A stretch of 64,000 nucleotides of DNA from an uncultured delta proteobacterium. GTDB lineage: Bacteria > Myxococcota > Kuafuiibacteriia > Kuafuiibacteriales > Kuafuiibacteriaceae. The stretch spans positions 416,001 through 480,000 of the forward strand of contig CAWDML010000008.1 of assembly GCA_963803435.1 (NCBI GenBank), read 5' to 3'. Shown here one piece after another: positions 1-10,483 of this stretch. The notes below the pieces were generated by a model. The model ran no database searches and was not told the origin of the DNA. It worked only from the letters and a program-made list of their open reading frames with translations. Made by a program: the position numbers and the translations under genes. The number at the start of each line of letters is the position of its first letter. The first letter of the stretch is position 1.

Positions 1-209
1 AGGTTCGACGCAATCTGCTCGCGGAGCCCGGCCTCAATCTCCTCGGGGCGCGCCCCGGTCCGCGCCGAGAGACGGGCGGCGGCCGCGCTGACGGAGCCCT
101 GGAGGTGCTCGACGAGCTCGGCGCGCGCTCGTTCGTCCTCGACAATCTCGCCGATCGCGAGCTCGACGGGGGGCAGAGCGCTGATGAGGATGGCGGCGAG
201 GGGGAGCAT
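1..209 (-). CDS. 5' part of a hypothetical exported protein running off the window edge; apparent frameshift in a G6 run (168-173)
   Basis: ATG at 209 gives hydrophobic MLPLAAILISALC; a protein-like frame (VELAIGEIVEDERARAELVEHLQG...) continues only after a shift at the homopolymer. Confidence 0.45.
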   Translation of the reverse strand, partial: MLPLAAILISALPPVELAIGEIVEDERARAELVEHLQGSVSAAAARLSARTGARPEEIEAGLREQIASN

Positions 210-315
210 CCGGCGATCGACAATACCGGGAGCGGATCGGTTCCACGCACCGTGGGGTCGGATGCGGCCGCTCACAATGGCCGAACCCGGTGTTTCCACG
301 GTATGAAGGCGTGGG

Positions 316-1872
316 GTGCGCAAAGGGACGATCCTCCTGGCCGCCTGCCTCGTCGTCGCCTGCCGGCCGCTCGACCGCCGGGATGGGGCGCTGGTCGTCA
401 TCCTCCAGCAGGTGCCCGACGGCGTCGACACCGTCGAGCTCACCGTGCGGGCCGGCGGACGGACCTTCGACGGCCGCCTCCCGCGCCCGCCCGACGATCG
501 CATCACCGACTTCTCCGCGATCCCGGTGGGGGCGGCCGAGCTCGACGTCCACCTGTTCGCCGGCGATACCGAGGTCGACGCCCGCCTCGGCCGCAAGCTG
601 AACGTCGTCGAGAACCAGACGCTCGAGGTGCGGGTGAACTTCGTGGACGAGCCCACCTTCACGATCGTCGAGCCGGTGGAGGGATCGGTCTATCCGCTGC
701 GGGGGCTCACCGGGATCCCGGTCTGCATCCAGCCTGCGAACTCCGAGCTGACGGTCGAGCTCGACGCCCGCGCCAACGGGTCCGAGGTCCCGCTCGCCCG
801 CGCGGACGACAACTTCGTGGGGACGATCGATCCGTCCCTCGCGGGCGAGGTCCTGCCGGCCGTGATCGCCTTCGACGTGACCTCGTGTCTGACGGATGCG
901 GAGGACGTCTGCGCGCGGGAGACGCGGTCGATCGTGGTCACCCGCGCGGCCTGGCGCACCGCGGTCGCGCAGCAGAGCGCGAGCCGGCCGGTGCGGTGGG
1001 GCGACGCGATCGTGCTGGTCGACGGCGCCGGGACGGTCCGGGTGCGCACCGCGACCGAGGGGCCCGAGGTGATCGCACCGATCGAGCTCGACGCTGCGAT
1101 CGCTGACGACGTCGCCATCCAGGATGACATCCTGTATGCGACCGCCGACGACGGTCGCGTGCTCTCGGTCGAGCTCCGGAGCGGAGCCACGCCCACCACA
1201 AAGGATCTGGGCGCGACCTCTCCGCCGGTCGCCAGCGCGTTCGGAGTGCTGGTGGCGGCGGACCGGGCGCTGATCGCGATCGACGATGAGCGGACCCTCG
1301 CGATGCTCCCGCGGCGCGTGCGCGCGCGGCCGCTCGCCGACGAAGAGGGCGTGGTGGTCGCGGACATCCTCGGCAACGTGATGGCGCTCGACGCGACCGG
1401 CGCGATCTCGCTGTCGACCAGCGTGGGCGCGCCGGTGTTCGCACAGCCGGTGCGTTATCGCGGGCGGACGGTGATCGCGACGATCGACGGCGACCTGATC
1501 CAGCTCGACGCGGGCGGTGTCGAGGTGGTGGAACGCGTCGCGCTGGGGGCGCCGGTGGTGCACGCGCCCGTCGTGCTGGGCGATCGGTTGGTGGTGGCCG
1601 CGGACGATCGGATGTTCTTCATCGAAGACGATCGGATCGCCGCGACGGTGGAGACCGAGCGTCCGATCACGGGCGCACCGGCCGGGTGGGGTGAGGCGGC
1701 GGTCGTGGCCGGGATCCAGAGCGGGCTGGTGCTGCGGGTGTCGGAGCGCGGGCTCACGCCCATCGAGCGGGTGGGCGGGGCAGCCTTCGGGCCGCTGGTG
1801 CTGGGCCGCTGGATCGCGGTGGTCGGATCTGCCGGTGATTTCGCCCTCTTGGAGCCGGAGGAGGGCTTCTAG
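316..1872 (+). CDS. Lipoprotein with C-terminal PQQ-like/BamB-type beta-propeller repeats
   Basis: Signal peptide with lipobox (LVVAC); repeated P-V/L..G.V..L motifs in the C-terminal half. Confidence 0.7.
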   Translation: MRKGTILLAACLVVACRPLDRRDGALVVILQQVPDGVDTVELTVRAGGRTFDGRLPRPPDDRITDFSAIPVGAAELDVHLFAGDTEVDARLGRKLNVVENQTLEVRVNFVDEPTFTIVEPVEGSVYPLRGLTGIPVCIQPANSELTVELDARANGSEVPLARADDNFVGTIDPSLAGEVLPAVIAFDVTSCLTDAEDVCARETRSIVVTRAAWRTAVAQQSASRPVRWGDAIVLVDGAGTVRVRTATEGPEVIAPIELDAAIADDVAIQDDILYATADDGRVLSVELRSGATPTTKDLGATSPPVASAFGVLVAADRALIAIDDERTLAMLPRRVRARPLADEEGVVVADILGNVMALDATGAISLSTSVGAPVFAQPVRYRGRTVIATIDGDLIQLDAGGVEVVERVALGAPVVHAPVVLGDRLVVAADDRMFFIEDDRIAATVETERPITGAPAGWGEAAVVAGIQSGLVLRVSERGLTPIERVGGAAFGPLVLGRWIAVVGSAGDFALLEPEEGF

Positions 1873-1874
1873 CC

Positions 1875-3128
1875 GTGGCGCGACCTCAGATCCATCGCCA
1901 GCGCGGTTCGGCCGGTTGTAAGCGCCTCGGGATGGCGGTCGTCCTGCTCGCCGGTGCGCTGTTCGCGACGACCGCGTCGGCGCAGGTCGAGCTGGTCCCC
2001 TCCCTCGAGTCTCCGGACGCGCCCGCCGTCTTCACGGTCACCGCCAGCACTCCGCCCGACGAGCCGATCCTCGCCTACGAATGGTCGGGGCTCGGCATGG
2101 CCCCGCGCTGCCGCGCCCAGGACTGCACGATCGATCTGCCGGTGGCGAGCTGCCGTCGGGTGCAGGTCTCGGTGACGGATCGCTTCGGCACCGTCACCAC
2201 CGTCGATCGTCAGATCTGCGCCAACGAATCCGGTAGCCGCCCGCCGCGCGCCACCATAGGCGTCGAGATCGGGACGCCGATGACCGCGGTTGCCCAGGTG
2301 GAAGAGGGGGACGCCCGCGTCACCATCACGCACCTGTGGATCGACGATGTGGAGGTGTCCGGCACGCGTGGCGAGCTCCCGGAGGACGGCGCCTGCCACG
2401 TCGTCGACCTGCTGGTGGCGGACGTCGAGGGCCGGATCGGTCTCGACCAGCGGATCGTCTGCCGAGATCCCGACGCACCGCGGATCGAGGTCGGTGGCGA
2501 CCCGAGCTTCTGCCCGCCGCTCGGCGAGACGCTGCGGGCGTGCGCGGAGGTGATCGATCCGCTCGGGCGCGGGGTCACGCCGATCGAGGGCGCCGCCCTC
2601 CCGCTCGACGGCTGCGGCGAGACCGCGGCCAGCGCGCGGGTCGAGCGCGTGCTGGTGAGCGGCGCCGCCGGATCGGGACGGATCCACGGATCGATGATCG
2701 CCTGTCGCGCCCCCTCGATCGGCCGCCCCAACCTGCTCTTCGTCCGGGCGCCCAGCGCGCTGGTGGTGACCCGCGGCGCCGCGCGTTCGACGGAGATCCA
2801 GATCGATGGCGGCGAGCCTCCGTTCAGCGTGACGGCCCGCCTGTTCGGCAGCGAGACCATCGACGTCAGCCCGACCGTCGTCGGCGAGTCCTCCGCCACG
2901 CTCTCGCTCCGCGTCCCGGACAGCGGCGATTGGAGCCGCTTCGAGGTGCGGGTCACCGACACGCGCGGCCTCGAGGCGGTCGGTACCGCCACGGTGACGA
3001 CCATGTTCGCGGACCCGACCGGCCCGCAAAGCGCGACGGCGATCGGCTGCTCCGCCTTTCCGGGAGAGGGCGCGGCGCTCCTCTGGATCCTGATCGGCGC
3101 GATCCCGCTCCTCCGGAGGCGGCGATGA
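1875..3128 (+). CDS. Secreted Cys-containing protein with MYXO-CTERM-like sorting tail (alternative start ATG 1932)
   Basis: Signal-like MAVVLLAGALFATTASAQ; C-terminal GCSAFPGEGAALLWILIGAIPLLRRRR. Confidence 0.7.
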   Translation: MARPQIHRQRGSAGCKRLGMAVVLLAGALFATTASAQVELVPSLESPDAPAVFTVTASTPPDEPILAYEWSGLGMAPRCRAQDCTIDLPVASCRRVQVSVTDRFGTVTTVDRQICANESGSRPPRATIGVEIGTPMTAVAQVEEGDARVTITHLWIDDVEVSGTRGELPEDGACHVVDLLVADVEGRIGLDQRIVCRDPDAPRIEVGGDPSFCPPLGETLRACAEVIDPLGRGVTPIEGAALPLDGCGETAASARVERVLVSGAAGSGRIHGSMIACRAPSIGRPNLLFVRAPSALVVTRGAARSTEIQIDGGEPPFSVTARLFGSETIDVSPTVVGESSATLSLRVPDSGDWSRFEVRVTDTRGLEAVGTATVTTMFADPTGPQSATAIGCSAFPGEGAALLWILIGAIPLLRRRR

Positions 3129-3835
3129 TCCTGGTGGAGAACCGGACGCTCCTCGACGGCTTTCGTCGCGGCGACAAGCCCGCGCTGCTCGAGGTGTACC
3201 GATCCTACGTCCCCGACGTGACGCGGTTCCTGATCCGCGGCTTCACCTTCGACTCGGGCGGCAAGCTCTGCTCGTTCCGCGGCTTTCGCGGCGGCTACGA
3301 GGTCGAGGCCGCGGTGCAAGAGGTCTTCCGCCGCGCATTCGAGGAGCGCGCGCGCCTGGCGTACGACGGCATCCACCCGTATCGCCCCTACCTGCTCCGC
3401 ATCGCCCGCAACCTGGTGATCAACGACCTCAAGGCCAAGTCGCCGCTCCTGTTCCGCTTCCGTACCGGTCAACCGATCGTGCTGGAGCCGGCCGAGGAGG
3501 AGACGCCCGAGTCGCTGCCCGCCGAGATCCGGAGCCCCGAAGAGGAGCTCGAGGTCCGCGAGGTCGCCGGGCTCGTCGCGGAGTTCAAGGCGAAGCTCGA
3601 CACCCGCGAGCGCGGCGTGTTCGAGGAGCGGTTCGAGAAGGGCCTCTCGGCGGAGAAGGCAGGCGCAGCGCTCGGGCTGTCCCGCTCCCAGGTGCGCACC
3701 ACCGAGACCAAGCTGCGCGCCGAATTCCTCTCGCACATGCAGCGCTCCGGTTATCTCACCCACTACCGGGACGTTCCCGGCTCGCTCGAGAAGAGCATGG
3801 CGACGATGGCGATGCTCATGTGCTGGGGGATCTGA
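3125..3835 (+). CDS. ECF-type RNA polymerase sigma-70 factor
   Basis: ATGA overlap; region 2 (VQEVFRRAF...YLLRIARNLVINDL) and region 4 HTH (GLSAEKAGAALGLSRSQVR). Confidence 0.85.
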   Translation: MILVENRTLLDGFRRGDKPALLEVYRSYVPDVTRFLIRGFTFDSGGKLCSFRGFRGGYEVEAAVQEVFRRAFEERARLAYDGIHPYRPYLLRIARNLVINDLKAKSPLLFRFRTGQPIVLEPAEEETPESLPAEIRSPEEELEVREVAGLVAEFKAKLDTRERGVFEERFEKGLSAEKAGAALGLSRSQVRTTETKLRAEFLSHMQRSGYLTHYRDVPGSLEKSMATMAMLMCWGI

Positions 3836-4620
3836 TGGTGACCTGCGTAGCCAAGCGCGAGGGCAAGCTGATCGATGCGCGCTTTCTCCGTCCGCTCGAT
3901 CCTCGCGAGCGATCGTCGATGGAGGAGCACCTGGTCGCCTGCGAGTCGTGCCGCGAGCGCTACCGCAGGCTTCAGCTCGCCGATCGTGTGATCGCGTTCG
4001 GTCCGGACGCCGATCTCGATCGCCCGGCGCCCCTCGAGGTGGAGCGGATCGCGCTGGACCTCGGCCTCCTCGATCGACCGCGCCGCCGGCCCTTCTGGCT
4101 GGGCCTCCCGTTCTTCGGGGCCGTCGGCTCGGTGGCGGCGATGGCGCTGGTGGCGGCGCTGTTCCTCAGGCCGAGCGAGGTCCTCCTCGAGCGCGGCGAG
4201 GCCCCGGTGGGGATCACGTTCTCCGCCTATGCGATCGCCGACGATGCGGGACCGCGCCTGCTGGAGCGCGGCGCGCAGGTGGCGCTCGGCGAGCACCTCA
4301 AGCTGCGCGCGTCCTTCGGCGCGCGTGCGCTCCCCCAGATCGACGGGATCGAGGTGCTGCTGGTGCCGGCCCGCGGTGAGGTGCAGCACGTCCATCTGAG
4401 CGCGCCCGAGCGAGGGGCCGCGAGCGCCTCGGTGCCGGGCGCGATTGCGCTTCAGGGCCTCGCGCCCGGTCCGTTGACCGCCTACGTGGTGGCCGCGGAG
4501 CGCTTCGAGCTCGGAAGCGTGGAGGGGCTCGCGTCCAGCCGGGCACCGCCGGAGGCGCTGGCGCGTGCGCTCGGCGGGGCGTCGGTCGAGCGCATCGATC
4601 TGGAGGTCGTCGGTCCGTGA
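3835..4620 (+). CDS. Zinc-binding (zf-HC2/ZAS) transmembrane anti-sigma factor
   Basis: HLVACESC (HxxxCxxC), one TM helix, directly downstream of the ECF sigma. Confidence 0.8.
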   Translation: MVTCVAKREGKLIDARFLRPLDPRERSSMEEHLVACESCRERYRRLQLADRVIAFGPDADLDRPAPLEVERIALDLGLLDRPRRRPFWLGLPFFGAVGSVAAMALVAALFLRPSEVLLERGEAPVGITFSAYAIADDAGPRLLERGAQVALGEHLKLRASFGARALPQIDGIEVLLVPARGEVQHVHLSAPERGAASASVPGAIALQGLAPGPLTAYVVAAERFELGSVEGLASSRAPPEALARALGGASVERIDLEVVGP

Positions 4621-6111
4621 CCGTGGTGTTGCCGCTGGCGCTCCTCGCTCTGTCGGCCCCGCCGGCGGTGTATCGGTCTGCGATCGTCATCGGCGTCAAT
4701 CAACCCTTCGAGGATTCGCAGGTCGTCTTGCGCTATGCCGACGACGACGCCGCGCGCTTCTACGAGATCCTCGAGCCGCAGTTGAACGATCTCCAGCTGC
4801 TCACGGTGCTCGACGAGGAGAGCCAGCAGCTCTATCCGCACGCGGCCTCGGTGGCGCGGCCGCCGACGCGCGCCGAGCTGGTCGCGGCGCTCGAGCGCGC
4901 CTTCCGCGAGGCCAAGGTGGCCAAGGAGCGCGGGCATCGGGCCGAGCTCTACTTCATCTACACCGGCCACGGGCGGCTCCACGGCGGCGAGGGACAGGTC
5001 AAGCTGGCCGACGGCGAGCTGAGCCGCACTGAGCTCACCGATCTGCTCCTGTCGTCGGACGCCGACGATCGCATCCATCTGATCGTCGACGCCTGCAACG
5101 CCTATCACCTGGTGGCGGCGCGGGGAGAAGACGCGCGCGTGACGACCGAGCTCGATGATGCCTTCGAGAAGTTCGTCGAGGCCCACGAGCTCGATCGCTA
5201 CCCGCGCGTCGGAGTGGTGCTCTCGACCAGCGGCACCGGAGCGACCCACGAGTGGTCTCGCTATCGAGGCGGTGTGTTCAGCCACGAGGTCCGCAGCGCG
5301 CTCACCGGCGCGGCCGACGCCAATCAGGACGGACGCGTCGACTACGACGAGCTGGAGGCGTTCCTGGCCTCCGCCAACCTGGGGGTGCCCGTCCCGAAGG
5401 GGAAGCCGACAGTGTTCGTGCGGGCGCCCAAGATTCGAGCGTGGCGCCCCGTTGATCACGCTCGAGCGCGACCTCCCGGTCCTCACGCTCGCCGACGACG
5501 TCGCCGGGCACTACTACCTCGAAGACGACCGCGGGCTGCGCTACGCCGAGCTCAACAAGGCGAGCGGGCACTCGATGAAGCTGCGGCTCATCCCGCGGGC
5601 ACGGTATCTCTTGATGCGGAGCGACGGCGCCGAGGTCGCCGAGCTCGACGAGCCGCGAGGTGCGATCGCGGTGGCGCTGCCGTTCGATCTGAAGCCGGCC
5701 GCGAAGACGGAGCGGGGTGACGAGGCCCCGCCCGGCGTGTTCGAGGAGCCGTTCGGCCCGGCCTTCGTCGACGGCTTCCGCGCCAAGAACCTGGCGGAGC
5801 GGCTGGAGCTGGAGCCGAAGGCGGCGCCGCCGGACGCCGAGCTGGTCACCGAAGCGCCGCCCCCGAATCCGCTCCGGGACGGGCTCGGGTACGCGGCGGG
5901 CGGCGTGGCGTTCCTGGCCGCCGTCGGGACCATCTGGCAGGCCACCGTGGCGAGCCGGAAGGCGGACGCGTACTTCGACACCTACAACGACCGGGAGGAG
6001 GCGCGGCTCGAGGCGGACTCGATCGCGGCGCGCAACCGCGCCATCGGGCTGGGCGTCGCCGCCGGCGTCACCGCGGTCGGCTCGACGCTCCTGTTCCTCC
6101 TGTGGGAGTGA
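4617..6111 (+). CDS. Caspase-like (peptidase C14) protein with signal peptide and C-terminal TM region; 1-bp frameshift at ~5434
   Basis: YTGHG and IVDAC catalytic motifs; removing one T from AAGATTCGAG joins the 4617 frame to the frame ending at 6111 (KIERGAPLITL...). Confidence 0.8.
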
Positions 6112-6114
6112 GCC

Positions 6115-7750
6115 TCAGAGCTGGACGTTGCAGGCGCTGACCGAGGTGTCGCACGCGCCCACCTCGATCGAGGGCGACGTGCACGCGTCGAACGCGAGGA
6201 ATCGGATCCGTGCACGAGTTGAAGATGCAGGTGTCGCCCTGGCCCGCGCAGTCGTCGAAGCACCCGAGCATCCCGTCGGCCTGCACGCCGCAGTCCCCGC
6301 TGGTGCACGCGATGACGCCGCCCAGCACGCACTGCGCACAGGCGTCGTCGCCCAGACACTGGAGGATGCAACCGGTCGTCGGGAACGCGGTCGTCCGGCA
6401 CTGGTCGTAGCAGGCCTGGAAGTCGGGACAGACGGTGCCCTGCGGCGGCAGCGGGCTGTACGGCTCGACCATGACCAGCGTGTTGAGACACATCTCGTCG
6501 AGCGTCCGCTCGCCCCACCAGACCTCTGTGGGCTCGAGCTGCACGCCGTTGACGACCGGTTGGTTCGCCGCGGAGTTGTCGTACCAGCACTCGAGGCGGA
6601 GCTTCTCGCCCGGGTTCACGATCAGCGTCTCGCCCGGCCGCATCAGGTAGCCCTGCTGCCAGTTGAAGTCCCAGCGCGGCACGTCGATCACGCACTCCTC
6701 CCTGCCATCGGTCGCGATCTTGGTGGTCTTGAGGCGCGTGCCCAGCAGGTGCATGTGCGGGGCGGTCGACACGATCGTCCAGGGCTGGGCGTCGGTGTTC
6801 ACAAACTCGCGGGTCTGGTGCGAGCTTGCGTCGCCCGCGGGGATGTCGAGGCCCAGGTAGGGGAAGAAGACCGCGCGGAGGAGCCAGGTCGGCCTGCCGG
6901 GGAGGAACCACATCTGGATCGAGGAGCGATCCGGCACCGCGGGACCGGCCAACGTGTTGTAGTGCATCTGCATGACGATCTTCGATCCCGCCGGGATGCG
7001 AACGGCGGCGTCGTCGCTCCCCGGCGCGATCGGCGTGCCCGGCACCCAGCCGGCGATCGGCTGGGGCTGACCGGCGCCCACGCCTCCGAAGCAGGTGTAC
7101 CCGGGGCCCGCCTCCGCCGCGTCGAGGGCCTCGACCTGTGACACGTACTGCGGCGGGACCAGGTAGAGGATGACGTGGTGCACCAGGTCGCGCTGATCGG
7201 GCAGCACGTTCGAGGTGCGAAGATAGGTCTCCGCGGGGAACTCGTGGTCCATCACGAAGCAGCGATAGTCGTCGGGCCGCTCCGCGTTCGGCGTGTAGGG
7301 CGCCGGGATCGAGAGCGTCAGCGTGGGCGCGCCGATGTCGGGAGAGAGGCCGCTGCCGCGGGTCGGGACATAGTCGGCAGGATCGCCTTCGATCATCCCT
7401 TCCTCCATCCAGGCGCGGAAGACGGCGATCTGCGCCGGCGTGATCAATCGTTCGGCCTGGTAGTGGCGGCAGCTCGGGTCGGGGAGCCACGGCGGCATGA
7501 GCCCGGACTCGACGGCGCCGACCACCGTCGGCGCGTAGGTCACCAGCGCCTGGTAGGAGTCGAGCGCGAAGGGACCGATGCCGCCCGGGACGTGGCAGGC
7601 CAGGCACTTGTCCTCCACCAGCGCGCGGACGTCCTTCTGATACGTGACGCCGGCCGGAGGCGGCATCATCTGCTGCGCGTCGTCGCCGTTGTTCGGGTCG
7701 GAGCAGGCAAAGAGCAGCGGGGCCAGCAGGGCCGCGAGCATCCTTTTCAC
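6115..7750 (-). CDS. Lipoprotein, copper type II ascorbate-dependent monooxygenase-like, with N-terminal CxxCH and Cys-rich tail; frameshift at ~6201
   Basis: Lipobox LFAC; CLACH; DDYRCF, VHHVILY, MHY, PHMHLLG, WDFNWQ and DEMC motifs; the corrected C-terminus ends SACNVQL* at 6115. Confidence 0.8.
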
Positions 7751-8862
7751 GTGGGGCACCTCTTCATCCTCCGCCGGGCGTACGCGAGCACGCCCCACCA
7801 CCCGACCAGTCCGAGGCCGAACGGACTGCCACCTTTCTTCGCTCGAGTCGCGCGGCATGCGCAACCGGAGCCCGGATCGGGGGATCCGGAGGGTCTCCAC
7901 CGAGGTCGAGGCCGGCCTCCGAGGCGAAGTCGAGCCATTCGGCGCGACAGCCGGGGACGTCGGCCAGCGGGGCGGTGACGTCCGCCAGGTCGAAGCGGAG
8001 CGCGCCGAACGCTCCGCCCGGAGACAGCGAGTAGATCACGGTCTGTGCGCACAGATAGGGTCCGAGCTCCGCGGTCTCACCGAGGCAGGTCACCCGGCGC
8101 GGCGTCTCGAGCGGTGTCAACCTGTCCTGCGCGCTGTGGAGGACGCCCTCGATCACCACGTACGGTGCGCCGTCGGCCTCGACCGGGCCGAGGATCGGCG
8201 AGTCGGTCTCTCCCACCAGCGTCGAATGATCCTCGGCGTCGACGCGGACGAGCGCGAACGCGGTGGCGCCGGCCTGGAGCACGACGAACAAGCTCGACGC
8301 CGTCGGCCGGAGCGAGGGCGTGCCCGGCTGCTCGACCGCGATCCTCCGGACCGCCTCCGGTCGACCGTCGAGGTCGAGGGCCTGGATCACGAGGTCGTCG
8401 GCCTCGCGCCGGCCGATCAGGATCCCCTCCGGTGTCGGCGCGGCGTCGTTCCAGGCGTCGGAGGAGCGCCAGACCGGCTCGGCCGCGGGACCGAGGCGTA
8501 CCAGCCTCGGTGATCGCGCCGCTGCTGGTGAACGCGAACGCGGCGTCACCGGCGGTGAAGAGCTCGCGGACCCCGTCGGCTGGGAGGATCGGCGCCGACG
8601 CCGATGTCAACTCGACTTGCACCACGCCGGCCGTGCCGGCAACCCAGGTTGCACCGGTCGAGTCGGCGGCGGCGTCGGGCGCATCGGGACCTCCCCAGAG
8701 CGAAGGGCAGAGGAAGCGGGGCGCGCCGCCGCTGTCCGCTACCAGCCCGTGGGCCATCCGGAACACGCCGGGAGCCAGCGCTTCGAGCACCGCCGGCGTC
8801 CGGTGGGCATCCGCGGTCGCGGGCGCCATCAGGACGGCCACCGCTGCGATGCAGGCCCGCAC
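7747..8862 (-). CDS. Secreted MYXO-CTERM protein with two apparent frameshifts (~8510, ~7880)
   Basis: Signal peptide (MRACIAAVAVLMAPATADAH); central frame within 7764..8549; terminal frame gives GSGCACRA...FGLGLVGWWGVLAYARRR and stops at 7747, overlapping the next start. Confidence 0.6.
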
Positions 8863-8913
8863 CGCGGCGATGCTATCATCGCCAGTCGGCCGCCGGCGGT
8901 TGTAGGCGGTCCT

Positions 8914-10029
8914 ATGACGCGGCTCCTCTTGGTTTCCCTCGCGCTGGGCGCCCTGCTCCAGACCCGCGACGCGCAAGCGTGCGGCGGTTTCTACTGTAGC
9001 CAGGTTCCGGTGCTCCAGACGTCCGAGCGGGTGGTCTTCGAGATCGACGGCGACACGATCACCGCCTACGTCCAGCTCCAGTACCAAGGAGACGATCCGA
9101 ACTTTGCGTGGATCGTACCGGTGCCCGAGGTCCCCGAGGTCGAGGTCGGGGTCGGGCAACAGATGTTCGCGATCCTCGAGGCCGAGACGAAGCCGATCTT
9201 CGTCCACACCGCGACCGGCGCCGCCACCGCACCGCTCGCCGACGCCTCGTTCAACTCCCTCGGCTGCGGCGGGTTCGACTTCGGCAAGCCGACGATGTTG
9301 CTCCAGTATGTCCCGGTGCCGAACGTCGACGTCCTGGCCAACGAGCAGGTGGGGCCCTACGACGTCGTCACCATCTCCGCAGAGAGCGCGGAGGATCTGA
9401 ACAACTGGCTGCGCGCCAACGGCTACCGGGTGGCCCAGGGCTCGGACGGGATCGTCCAGACGTATCTCGACGCCGGGATGAAGCTGTTGGCGTTGAAGCT
9501 CGCACCGGAGGCGGGTTCGACCGCCATCGAGCCGATCAAGCTGACGTACCACGACTCCCGCGGCTGCGCGGCCATCCCGGTCAAGCTCACCGCGATCGCC
9601 GCGGTGCCCGGCCTCGAGATCGTCACCTGGGTGTTCGGCGAGAGCCGCGCCGGGCCGACCAACTACGCGCCGGTGCACGTCCCCACCGACAGCCTCTTCA
9701 CCGCGGAGGACTACGCGCCGGCGCTGGCCGCCGCCGTCGACGCCTCGGGAGGGCGCGGCTTCGTCACCGAGTATGCCGCGAAGACCGAGGCGCTCCTCGC
9801 CTACGGTGACCCGGTGGTGGAGAGCCTGATCGCGCGCCACGGCTACGTGACGCGCCTGCGCACGTTCCTCGACCCGGCCGAGATGACGGCGGATCCCGAG
9901 CTCGACGTCGACGTCGGCGGCGGGGACGTCGGCCGCGAGGTCGAGCTGCGCACCCCCATGCAGATGTCGACGGGCGTGTTCGTGCTGCTCGTGCTGGCGG
10001 TCGTCGCGATCAAGCGGAGGCGGTCATGA
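8914..10029 (+). CDS. DUF2330-family secreted protein with C-terminal TM anchor
   Basis: Signal peptide then CGGFYC, FAWIVPVP, VGPYDV, WLRANGY, YLDAGMKLLALKL. Confidence 0.8.
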   Translation: MTRLLLVSLALGALLQTRDAQACGGFYCSQVPVLQTSERVVFEIDGDTITAYVQLQYQGDDPNFAWIVPVPEVPEVEVGVGQQMFAILEAETKPIFVHTATGAATAPLADASFNSLGCGGFDFGKPTMLLQYVPVPNVDVLANEQVGPYDVVTISAESAEDLNNWLRANGYRVAQGSDGIVQTYLDAGMKLLALKLAPEAGSTAIEPIKLTYHDSRGCAAIPVKLTAIAAVPGLEIVTWVFGESRAGPTNYAPVHVPTDSLFTAEDYAPALAAAVDASGGRGFVTEYAAKTEALLAYGDPVVESLIARHGYVTRLRTFLDPAEMTADPELDVDVGGGDVGREVELRTPMQMSTGVFVLLVLAVVAIKRRRS

Positions 10030-10418
10030 AGATGCCTGCGATCATGCTCTCGCTCTTTCTGTTCGCCTGCGACGGCAACGCGCCCCCGGTCCTCGGCGAG
10101 CTCCGCCTCAGCGCTCCCACTTCGCAGCTGGGCGCTCCATTCTACGTGACGCTGGCGGGGGTCGAGGATCCGGACGGCAACGTCTATGCCGGCAAGGTGC
10201 GGGTGAAGGCCGAGCCGAAGCGCGGGGGAGGCCCGGCGCTCGAGGAGGAGCTCTTCCCGGACGAGCCCGGCCTCGACCAGCCGAAGGGTGACATCATCGT
10301 CGGCGTCTCGATCCGCGGCGACGTGCCGCTCGGCCCGTGGCGGCTCGAGGTGGTCTACGAGGACGAGGCCGGTGCCGCCACCGCCCCCGGCGAGGTCGAG
10401 ATCACCCTGACGCGCTGA
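10026..10418 (+). CDS. Hypothetical lipoprotein
   Basis: Lipobox LFAC; ATGA coupling to the upstream gene. Confidence 0.65.
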   Translation: MKMPAIMLSLFLFACDGNAPPVLGELRLSAPTSQLGAPFYVTLAGVEDPDGNVYAGKVRVKAEPKRGGGPALEEELFPDEPGLDQPKGDIIVGVSIRGDVPLGPWRLEVVYEDEAGAATAPGEVEITLTR

Positions 10419-10483
10419 GCTGTCGCAAACCTTTTACAAATCCAGCGGAGAACTTTCGGACCGCCGGCTCGTTGGAAGCGCCG

